From a virus, in IMG/VR virus record IMGVR_UViG_3300045988_029035, positions 1 through 13,547 of that record: 13,547 nt of DNA; one strand, 5' to 3'. The notes under the pieces are model-generated. The model was not told the DNA's origin and made no database searches. It saw only the letters and a program-made list of their open reading frames with translations. A program made the translations under genes and the position numbers. Shown in pieces: positions 7,374-13,436 of the stretch. The stretch's first letter is position 1; each line of letters opens with the position of its first letter.

Positions 7374-7757
7374 TCACTTCACCTCCGTTCCATAAGTCGG
7401 GTCGATAATTCGGGCCGTCACCGTGTTGGCGTCTGCCGTCGGCTGCTGCTGGATGCCAAGGCCCAGCGCGTTCGCCTGCAACGTCTGCGTCATAGTCTGC
7501 ATTGCCTGTGCAGTAGTCTGCTGACCCTGCAAAAGCTGCTGCAACAGGGTTTCGAGGCCATCGTACTGCGGTGCGGGCTGCGGTGCGGGCTGCGGTGCGG
7601 GCTGCGGTGCGGGCTGCGGTGCGGGCTGCGGTGCGGGCTGCGGTGCGGGCTGCGGTGCGGGCTGCGGTGCGGGCTGCGGTGCGGGCTTCTCCATAGCTTC
7701 GATTTCTGCTTTGGTGTATCCGGCCATAGCGAGGGCCGCCTTTTCACTGATTTTCAA
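7374..7757 (-). CDS. Putative scaffolding protein with a (PAPQ)10 linker (127 aa)
   Basis: The TTG start at 7757 has GGAGG 7 nt upstream (an alternative ATG is at 7727). The gene lies immediately upstream of the capsid gene, with a 1-nt gap. It has an N-terminal helix, ten PAPQ repeats, then a Q-rich helical C-terminus (LLQQLLQGQQTTAQAMQTMTQTLQ). The role is inferred from position and composition. Confidence 0.6.
   Translation of the reverse strand: MKISEKAALAMAGYTKAEIEAMEKPAPQPAPQPAPQPAPQPAPQPAPQPAPQPAPQPAPQPAPQYDGLETLLQQLLQGQQTTAQAMQTMTQTLQANALGLGIQQQPTADANTVTARIIDPTYGTEVK
7566..7685. repeat. Ten perfect tandem copies of a 12-bp unit (CTGCGGTGCGGG)
   Basis: Counted directly: units run 7566-7577 through 7674-7685 with no mismatch. 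On the minus strand each unit reads CCC GCA CCG CAG, which is PAPQ. Confidence 0.97.
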
Positions 7758-7977
7758 CTTTGGTCGCCTCCATTACAACGTACATGTCATGTGCCAAACA
7801 CTTAACGACAAGGTCCTTGTCTCCTTTGGTGACCGGGCCCACTGCGCAACACTGCCGCGTATGGTCACCGTTAGCCCAGTCACTATAATAGGGTATGCTC
7901 AAACGGGCGCACAAATCAGACAGCAAAAACGCGCGCTCGTTTGCGATAGACTGGGCGAAAATGATATAACAACCCAT
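7744..7977 (-). CDS. Hypothetical small Cys-rich protein (77 aa)
   Basis: I prefer the ATG at 7977 (MGCYIIF...), with AAGGGGGA 6 nt upstream, over the TTG at 7983 used by the ORF track. The gene sits between the holin and scaffold genes and overlaps the scaffold start by 14 nt. No recognisable motif. Confidence 0.6.
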   Translation of the reverse strand: MGCYIIFAQSIANERAFLLSDLCARLSIPYYSDWANGDHTRQCCAVGPVTKGDKDLVVKCLAHDMYVVMEATKVENQ

Positions 7978-7979
7978 GG

Positions 7980-8315
7980 TCAATCCCCCTTGAGTTTTGC
8001 AAAAATTTTAGTAAGAGGCCCCACCAATTCAGGATTGATCGCTCCGATATTCTCAATAATGCTGCCAATTTCCATCAAAACAAAATAGGTGCAACCGATG
8101 GCCGAGAAAGACACATTAACATTAACGCCTACAAAGGGAAGATAGAAATCAGTGGCAGCGAGCAACCCCACGGCCAGAACTTCACCGAATTTGTGGTAAA
8201 ACCCCTGTCGCATCACGCTGGAATCAAAACCAGTGGTAGAAAAGGCTTTAACCATACCACTGACAACATCCATGCCGATGAACACCAGAACGGCCAGCAC
8301 TGCGTAAACGTTCAT
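7980..8315 (-). CDS. Holin, Phage_holin_4_1 / TIGR01593-like family (111 aa)
   Basis: The ATG at 8315 has GGGAGGTG 7 nt upstream. There are three hydrophobic segments. GMDVVSGMVKAF...FYHKFGEVLAVGLLAATD...YFVLMEIGSIIENIG matches the conserved pattern of this Firmicute phage holin family. Confidence 0.85.
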   Translation of the reverse strand: MNVYAVLAVLVFIGMDVVSGMVKAFSTTGFDSSVMRQGFYHKFGEVLAVGLLAATDFYLPFVGVNVNVSFSAIGCTYFVLMEIGSIIENIGAINPELVGPLTKIFAKLKGD

Positions 8316-8345
8316 ATAACATCACCTCCCATACAGATATAAGTA

Positions 8346-8415
8346 AATCCCCGGTTCTTGCGCTGGCTGACGCCTGCCCGCCCCTTCTGGGGGCTGCCTG
8401 TGGGCACCGGGGATT
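8346..8415 (-). other. 70-nt structured RNA element: late-mRNA leader stem, terminator of the upstream operon, or candidate small RNA
   Basis: A 10-bp closing stem pairs AATCCCCGGT (8415..8406) with ACCGGGGATT (8355..8346). It encloses 50 GC-rich nt that contain an inner GCCCC-cagaa-GGGGC hairpin. It is followed by TACTTATATCTGTAT and then the holin RBS. Confidence 0.5.
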
Positions 8416-8421
8416 ATCTTT

Positions 8422-8449
8422 ATTATACATTAGCTGTGTAAAAAGTCAA
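8422..8449 (-). promoter_or_regulatory. Near-consensus sigma-A/sigma-70 promoter (candidate late promoter)
   Basis: The minus strand reads TTGACT (8449..8444), a 16-nt spacer, then TATAAT (8427..8422). This is the best promoter match I found in the genome. The -35 box overlaps the ATPase TGA stop. The predicted start near 8415 falls on the first base of the stem at 8415..8406. Confidence 0.65.
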
Positions 8450-9507
8450 GTGCCGCAATACTCACGGAAGAAAATTTCATCCGAGTAGCGCTCAAATTCA
8501 AGTTGCCGCTGCAAGTACGCGGGCCAAATATACCCATATGCGGCCCTGAACCGTTTCCGCTCATAGTCGCCGGTTCCATACGTGGGCATCTCGCCCGACC
8601 TGTGGCGACATACATAGTAAAGGGGTTTGCTCTTGTGCTCATAGATGCAACACCGGCCAATCTGTACAAGTGGGTAATATTCACGCAGGGGCCGGGACAC
8701 CACCAAACTCTTTTCTTCGGCGCTATACTGGTTCTCAATAGCTGATCTATAAAAGTCTGTGCCGCTCATGGACCTATAGAGGGCCGTATTTGCTTTCTCT
8801 TTTGCAATAGGACTATCGACAAGATCAATCAGCAAAATGCCCTTATCGGCCAACAGCTTGCAGCGCTCTTTCTTGCCGATCATCTTTTCTACTGTGTCGG
8901 TGATCTCCCATTGCATATAATAGGGGTTCGCCATGCCAACAGCGTTTGACATGCACAACAGCGTCAGGGGCTTTTGCCCCTTTAATTCGCGGTTACGGTT
9001 TACCGTTTCATAAATGTTAGCAAGGCCCACGCCCTCACCGCGCCGGTAATAGTCGGATTCTTCTTTCTGATATTCATCCAAGATGATTATATTGGTGTGG
9101 GGACTTGAAAAACCACGGGTTCGGGCAAGAGTTACGACGCTCCCCACAACTCCGGCCATTTGGGCCGGTTTTATGGGAGACCCTGTATCAGTGTAGGCCC
9201 CTGCGTTGCCTACTTCATACAGTCCCGCTATTTTAGGTATTTTAAACGGGGCATAATGTGTTTGCAAATCGTCGTTCAATGGAGACCATGGCCACATACT
9301 AGGCGACGCGCAAATAAGTTCCGCTTGCTGCGGCGTGCGGCGCAGATACAGAAATTCCTCCTCGGTCTGGTGTACGTGCTTTAATGCTCCGTAGGTCTTG
9401 CCGGTACCACGCCCGCCCCATATAAAAATAATAGATGCACCAGTGGACAGAATTCCGTCCTTCTCAGAAAAATTTGGCCACCCTTCATCGGTGTACAGTT
9501 TAATCAT
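8446..9507 (-). CDS. DNA packaging (encapsidation) ATPase, phi29 gp16-like (353 aa)
   Basis: The ATG at 9507 forms an ATGA overlap with the polymerase stop, with GGAGG 7 nt upstream. Walker A is IWGGRGTGKTY and Walker B is IIILDEY. FLYLRRTPQQAEL and CMSNAVGMANPYY match the gp16 segments I recall as FIYVRRYKPELAK and CLSNAVSVVNPYF. Confidence 0.9.
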   Translation of the reverse strand: MIKLYTDEGWPNFSEKDGILSTGASIIFIWGGRGTGKTYGALKHVHQTEEEFLYLRRTPQQAELICASPSMWPWSPLNDDLQTHYAPFKIPKIAGLYEVGNAGAYTDTGSPIKPAQMAGVVGSVVTLARTRGFSSPHTNIIILDEYQKEESDYYRRGEGVGLANIYETVNRNRELKGQKPLTLLCMSNAVGMANPYYMQWEITDTVEKMIGKKERCKLLADKGILLIDLVDSPIAKEKANTALYRSMSGTDFYRSAIENQYSAEEKSLVVSRPLREYYPLVQIGRCCIYEHKSKPLYYVCRHRSGEMPTYGTGDYERKRFRAAYGYIWPAYLQRQLEFERYSDEIFFREYCGT

Positions 9508-11597
9508 CAGATAACCTCCATAATCTTGTACCCTAGTATCTTTGCGTACTCGTCAGTGATGCCCAACGTATAGGTATTATCACAAATACACAGGTTTCTC
9601 GTAATGTGGACCGTATGCCCATCAACCACAAAATCGGGCACATTTGGGCGGTCATTATAAATAACCTGATTTCCTGCCGCAAGACAAAACGTAAACCCGG
9701 GCTTAAACACCTCGAAACCGCCCCACAGGGCCAGCTCCAAACCGCCCTTCCGCTTGCTGACTCCTGCTATAGTGGTAGTGATCGGCCCGCCTTTTTTATA
9801 GGTAGTTGCGTATTTTTTTGCGCCCCACGTCATAAACTCCGCATAGCTGCGCTCCTGCTCGTATACGCCCATATAATGAGTGTTGCCTTTTGGGTCGGTG
9901 GCACAAGCACCGTTATCTTTTGCAAGTTGTTTCACTGCTTTGTTAAAGTCCGACAAATCAATATTGCCCATGTATTTTACACTGTCTGTATCGCAGTACA
10001 CGCCATTCTTGCCCGCGGCCCATTGCGCTATTTTTAGGCGCTTGCGAGTATGGGCAGTCGTCCACACGCCCCATTGGTACGGTAGGAACAAGTGTGGGCG
10101 GTGATCGTTATAACTGCCCTCAGGGTCGTCGGTACATTCGCTCCAGAGATTGTCGGGGTCGTCCTCGTCAAAAAGTGTGTCCAGCTGCAGGGGGTCTTGT
10201 GCGGTCATACCATAATAGCTATTCAGATCGCCCTTGGACTTAACATAATACAAATCTTGACCGGCTACACCTTTAAGGGATGTTTTGCCCGTGTAGGATT
10301 CTTTGACGCAATCTGTCAACGGTTTAGGCAATTTGCCATAATCGGACGTGTACAGGTCCAGAACGTTAAGGGCATCCCAATCATACTCTTTCGCAATGAT
10401 TCTAAAGTCGATGTCTGTTATTGTAATCTCGAAATGTTCAGCAGACAACAAACGGCCGTTGTCGTTTATGTATCCTTCACAGTGCCGAACTTTTGCGAGC
10501 GGAATATAGGGGAACCCCCACCACTTAAACCGCTGGCGCAAACCTTTTACTTGTAGGCGCATCAAGCACGCCTTGCCGTGTCTCATACATTGCATAAGCC
10601 GCCCGACGGTGGCTGGCTCCTGCCTAAATGGAGTCATAGGAAAATAACATTCACATTGTGCCCCGGGATATGCGCTAGACATATCCTCAGAACCGACGTT
10701 TTCCAGATGGAGCCCGACATAATACCGATTGGCGTGAGTGTCGCCACCTCGGAAGGCCTCCCGCAGCATCTGGTACAATTCCCACGACGGCAAGAGGCGC
10801 TTAACCTTTTTAATGCCCCATTCATACATTGCTTCTCGGGCCATTCGTCTGACGTATCCGGTTCGCGTTAATGGTAGAGTATAGAGATCGTCACCGTCTC
10901 GCTTCATCTCAATTAACAGGCACTCTACAATACACCGAACGTCATTGATACAGTACGCTAATTCTGTAGATGTCAGGGGAGTCCATGGATACCGCACTTT
11001 TGAATAATCAAGAGCGCCTGTTAATTTGGCATGAGGTGCACCCAGCTGCTTGCCCCAAGCATCAAGGGACAAGTTGCTGTGTCTCATACTGCACCGATAT
11101 TCAATAGCGCGGTTGTCACATTTTAAGACCCGGCGGGGCTTGCTGGCAAACACATCGCCCGGGCCAAAATCCAAAACGCCCGACAGATATTGGAATTCAT
11201 GGGCAAGATTATGGACGTACATACATAAATACCAATCGCCGTGCGGGCCACTGTTGGCCTGCAAGTAATCGCTGATCGCACCTGTAAAATTTAACCACTC
11301 ATCCCACGTCCTGCCGATAATGGTAATATCCAAACCTAGTTGACATTGCCAAATATACATAATGGTGTGAGGGTTGTCGTCGGCGTCAACACACACGCGG
11401 CTTGTTTCAATATCAAACGCGCACGGCATAGCTACATACAAACGCTTCTTGTTCGTTTTGCGCTTTTTGCCTTTGGTGTGCTTCCTGTCCATATGCTCCA
11501 TGAGCCAAGGGACCGGGTTGTAATTACAAGCCTCCGCCAAAACCTCCGCGCAGGTCGGCGGAACTGCTGCCGTCGCTGTAGTCCCATTCTTTGCCAT
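9507..11597 (-). CDS. Protein-primed family-B DNA polymerase (696 aa)
   Basis: The ORF track starts at a TTG (11636). I prefer the ATG at 11597 (MAKNGTT...), with GGTGAGG 7 nt upstream. Exonuclease motifs: Exo I FDIETS, Exo II HNLAHEF, Exo III YCINDV. Polymerase motifs: A DMSSAYP, B KGDLNSYYG, C YCDTDS, and KxY GAKKY. These parallel phi29 DVNSLYP, KLMLNSLYG and YCDTDS. Confidence 0.93.
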   Translation of the reverse strand: MAKNGTTATAAVPPTCAEVLAEACNYNPVPWLMEHMDRKHTKGKKRKTNKKRLYVAMPCAFDIETSRVCVDADDNPHTIMYIWQCQLGLDITIIGRTWDEWLNFTGAISDYLQANSGPHGDWYLCMYVHNLAHEFQYLSGVLDFGPGDVFASKPRRVLKCDNRAIEYRCSMRHSNLSLDAWGKQLGAPHAKLTGALDYSKVRYPWTPLTSTELAYCINDVRCIVECLLIEMKRDGDDLYTLPLTRTGYVRRMAREAMYEWGIKKVKRLLPSWELYQMLREAFRGGDTHANRYYVGLHLENVGSEDMSSAYPGAQCECYFPMTPFRQEPATVGRLMQCMRHGKACLMRLQVKGLRQRFKWWGFPYIPLAKVRHCEGYINDNGRLLSAEHFEITITDIDFRIIAKEYDWDALNVLDLYTSDYGKLPKPLTDCVKESYTGKTSLKGVAGQDLYYVKSKGDLNSYYGMTAQDPLQLDTLFDEDDPDNLWSECTDDPEGSYNDHRPHLFLPYQWGVWTTAHTRKRLKIAQWAAGKNGVYCDTDSVKYMGNIDLSDFNKAVKQLAKDNGACATDPKGNTHYMGVYEQERSYAEFMTWGAKKYATTYKKGGPITTTIAGVSKRKGGLELALWGGFEVFKPGFTFCLAAGNQVIYNDRPNVPDFVVDGHTVHITRNLCICDNTYTLGITDEYAKILGYKIMEVI

Positions 11598-12123
11598 AGT
11601 TAACCTCACCTTGCTGCCACTGTACAAAATCGTCAATACTGACGTTGTAGCCGCCCTTCTCGCGCCAGTACATGACCGGCTGATCGGACGGATAATAATA
11701 CACGCCCGATGCCTTCACGGTCTCCCACCATTCCAACAGGGCCGTGTATTGATCTTCGGGCACGTCGGCAATGTCAATGCCGCCAACTTTCATTTTTTGT
11801 TCGAATTCGGCACGCGCACCGCCAACGGTGGAACCCTTGGAACGAACAAAGCGCGCTACATCCGCAAGGGCCTGCTCCAATGCTTTACGGTCTCCCCGCA
11901 TTGCCTTTAGGGTCGGGAAACCTACGGCGAATTCCTTATAAACGTCGCTTGTGCCGCTGATAGGGTCTTTTGATAAGCGCTTAATACGTTTCTGCGCAAT
12001 GTCGCGAAGTCGGGAATACTCTTTGCGCATTTGGTTATCGGGCCAAAACTCCAAGGCATAAGGGGTGTACAGCTCGGAGCTGTATTTGAGGGTTGCGCTT
12101 GCTTTAGCTGCGCCTACTGCCAT
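11524..12123 (-). CDS. Candidate terminal protein (199 aa)
   Basis: The ATG at 12123 has AAGGAG 10 nt upstream. The gene lies immediately upstream of the polymerase gene and overlaps it, the position of gene 3 in phi29. The C-terminal part is rich in aromatic, acidic and Ser residues (YYYPSDQPVMYWREKGG...WDYSDGSSSADL). I recognise no sequence homology, so the function is inferred from synteny and the requirement for a protein primer. Confidence 0.5.
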   Translation of the reverse strand: MAVGAAKASATLKYSSELYTPYALEFWPDNQMRKEYSRLRDIAQKRIKRLSKDPISGTSDVYKEFAVGFPTLKAMRGDRKALEQALADVARFVRSKGSTVGGARAEFEQKMKVGGIDIADVPEDQYTALLEWWETVKASGVYYYPSDQPVMYWREKGGYNVSIDDFVQWQQGEVNYGKEWDYSDGSSSADLRGGFGGGL

Positions 12124-12334
12124 GCTTCATCTGCTCCTTTCTATTCATAATCATATAATACCAGTCGAGGGGGTCTGCTTCAATGCCGAGGCCGTTAAAA
12201 ATAATTTTGGCCCATTCAGAACGGAAAAAATTGACATCTTTGTTAGTGACTCCACTGTATACAATGGCAGATGCAAGATATATCATGGAGTCGTCGCAAT
12301 TCAGCAAGGATACTCTGTTATCTTTACTTTTCAT
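12104..12334 (-). CDS. Hypothetical early protein (76 aa)
   Basis: The ATG at 12334 follows AGGAGG. It overlaps the next gene by 20 nt. It is more AT-rich than its neighbours. No motif recognised. Confidence 0.6.
   Translation of the reverse strand: MKSKDNRVSLLNCDDSMIYLASAIVYSGVTNKDVNFFRSEWAKIIFNGLGIEADPLDWYYMIMNRKEQMKHGSRRS
12155..12183 (-). promoter_or_regulatory. Candidate internal promoter upstream of the terminal-protein/polymerase genes
   Basis: The minus strand reads TTGAAG (12183..12178), a 17-nt spacer, then TATTAT (12160..12155). It lies inside the 76-aa ORF, about 30 nt upstream of the ATG at 12123 and downstream of the terminator at 12343-12377. Confidence 0.3.
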
Positions 12335-12342
12335 GGGGCCTC

Positions 12343-12377
12343 CTATAACAAATAGGGCCGCCGCATGTGCGGCGGCC
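12343..12377 (-). terminator. Intrinsic terminator / attenuator between the SSB-like gene and the 76-aa ORF
   Basis: The minus strand reads GGCCGCCGCA-ca-TGCGGCGGCC (12377..12356), followed by CTATTTGTTATAGG, which runs into the next RBS. Confidence 0.7.
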
Positions 12378-12387
12378 TTAGGTTAAA

Positions 12388-12822
12388 TTAAACCAGATTC
12401 AAAGACAGAACCTGACCTTTTTTGGTGCTGATCAAAACAGGCTTAATCTGCACCGGCTCCGTCCATGTGTCAGGGGTTCCAAGCAAAGTAAACATACGTT
12501 TCAGAGACTGGTACACACCGACGGAAACACATACGTAGGATTGCCCATCCTCGGTAATGAGGACAACACGCGGGGCAATCGTTTTGTCCTCGGGAACGTC
12601 ATCCTTGCTGACCTCGACGCACTCCACGGAAACATGAACCAGCGACAGAACCTCGTTGACATGCTCCCTCAGCTTGTTGGCAGGGTTGCTCGTGGCATTG
12701 TAGAATGCAATCGCGGCAGAGCGGTCAGAAAGATTCATGTCGGTATACCCCACGCCGGTGTTCATCACATCGGATACCAACATAGCACCAGTGTTTTCGG
12801 ACTTCATCATTGCTTCGGACAT
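12388..12822 (-). CDS. Early protein, possibly an ssDNA-binding protein (144 aa)
   Basis: The ATG at 12822 has AAAGGAG 9 nt upstream. It sits in the replication module. Its overall pattern (AFYNATSNPANKL...VLSLVHV...APRVVLITEDGQSYVCVSVGVYQSLKRMFTLLG) reminds me of the lactococcal phage p2 ORF34-type SSB family. The CDS call is solid, but the function is tentative. Confidence 0.55.
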   Translation of the reverse strand: MSEAMMKSENTGAMLVSDVMNTGVGYTDMNLSDRSAAIAFYNATSNPANKLREHVNEVLSLVHVSVECVEVSKDDVPEDKTIAPRVVLITEDGQSYVCVSVGVYQSLKRMFTLLGTPDTWTEPVQIKPVLISTKKGQVLSLNLV

Positions 12823-12861
12823 AATACAAAACTCCTTTCAATATGTGCCCTGTCTCATCAA

Positions 12862-12901
12862 CACCGGGCGGGCGGCCCCGGTGGACGGCCCGGAGGGCCG
12901 T
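12862..12901 (-). other. Two tandem GC-rich hairpins in an early intergenic region
   Basis: In plus-strand coordinates, CACCGGG (12862-12868) pairs with CCCGGTG (12877-12883), and ACGGCCC (12885-12891) pairs with GGGCCGT (12895-12901). No convincing U-tract follows on the minus strand. Confidence 0.45.
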
Positions 12902-12907
12902 TTCGAC

Positions 12908-13183
12908 TTATTGTATGTACTTATTGTACAACTTTTGATAGAAATTACGCATGTGCTCACGTACTTTGACAGCCCCCTGGTACTCAAGATCAGCCGACAA
13001 ACAAGAGCCCTTAAATACTGTAAGGTTACTTAGTTCGTCATCGCAATGAATAAGCGCTTGCCGATAACCTTCCAACCATGCACGATTATATGTGGCGTTG
13101 GCCGCGTCCTTTGGGTCCTCATACTCGCAGCACGTCAACGTACCATCCGGGTGTATCTCAATGATGAATTTACGCATTACCAT
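12908..13183 (-). CDS. Hypothetical early protein (91 aa)
   Basis: The ATG at 13183 has GGAAGGAGA 8 nt upstream. It overlaps the upstream 58-aa ORF by 14 nt. No motif recognised. Confidence 0.65.
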   Translation of the reverse strand: MVMRKFIIEIHPDGTLTCCEYEDPKDAANATYNRAWLEGYRQALIHCDDELSNLTVFKGSCLSADLEYQGAVKVREHMRNFYQKLYNKYIQ

Positions 13184-13346
13184 TTGCGGAATCTCCTTCC
13201 TGTAAAATACTTAAAGTCTTGTTAAGACTGATAAGCATTTTAATACTATCAATAATATCATTCTCGGTCAGTTCTTGCAGGTTCTCACCATCAAGAGCAA
13301 TATTATCATCGGTTAAAATGATTTTAATCGTGATTTCTTTCTTCAT
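13170..13346 (-). CDS. Small acidic early protein (58 aa), not in the supplied ORF track
   Basis: Hand translation gives MKKEITIKIILTDDNIALDGENLQELTENDIIDSIKMLISLNKTLSILQEGDSANGNA followed by TAA. The ATG at 13346 has AGGGAGG 7 nt upstream. It is the first gene after the early promoter region. The DNA is very AT-rich. Confidence 0.6.
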   Translation of the reverse strand: MKKEITIKIILTDDNIALDGENLQELTENDIIDSIKMLISLNKTLSILQEGDSANGNA

Positions 13347-13372
13347 GCTATAGCCTCCCTTCGTCTTAATGG

Positions 13373-13426
13373 ATTATATATAGTATACCACATACTAAAT
13401 TGTATATATTGCTTTATACATTGCAA
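13373..13426 (-). promoter_or_regulatory. Early promoter region with stacked promoter-like elements
   Basis: The minus strand reads TTGCAA (13426..13421), a 16-nt spacer, then TACAAT (13404..13399). Next come an extended -10 TGgTATACT (13390..13382) and a TATAAT (13378..13373). The inverted repeat TGTATA-n8-TATACA lies between the first -35 and -10 elements. The region sits between ITR-R and the first gene. Confidence 0.5.
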
Positions 13427-13436
13427 AAATTGCTAT

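Noticed and set aside
7566-7685. Tandem repeat array as a possible CRISPR array
   Set aside because: The units are 12 bp and directly abutting with no spacers, they lie inside a coding frame, and no cas genes are present.
7224-7805. Plus-strand ORF with GLRC repeats and minus-strand alternative frame 7490-7747 with SPHR repeats
   Set aside because: Both are alternative-frame readings of the 12-bp tandem repeat. Only the PAPQ frame has an RBS, sensible flanking sequence and operon context.
8248-8738. Small minus-strand ORFs 8248-8430 (60 aa) and 8430-8738 (102 aa)
   Set aside because: The first starts inside the -10 box and runs out of frame through the structured RNA and the holin gene. The second is an alternative frame inside the ATPase gene. 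Neither has an RBS.
11598-11636. TTG start at 11636 for the polymerase and TTG at 2471 for the tail fibre, as given in the ORF track
   Set aside because: Downstream ATG codons (11597 and 2438) have properly spaced Shine-Dalgarno sequences. The TTG codons have none and would create longer overlaps.
11524-11636. Programmed frameshift fusing the terminal protein to the polymerase
   Set aside because: The polymerase frame is open through the overlap. However, I found no slippery heptamer or stimulatory structure, and the polymerase has its own RBS and ATG. This is kept only as a remote possibility in the TP finding.
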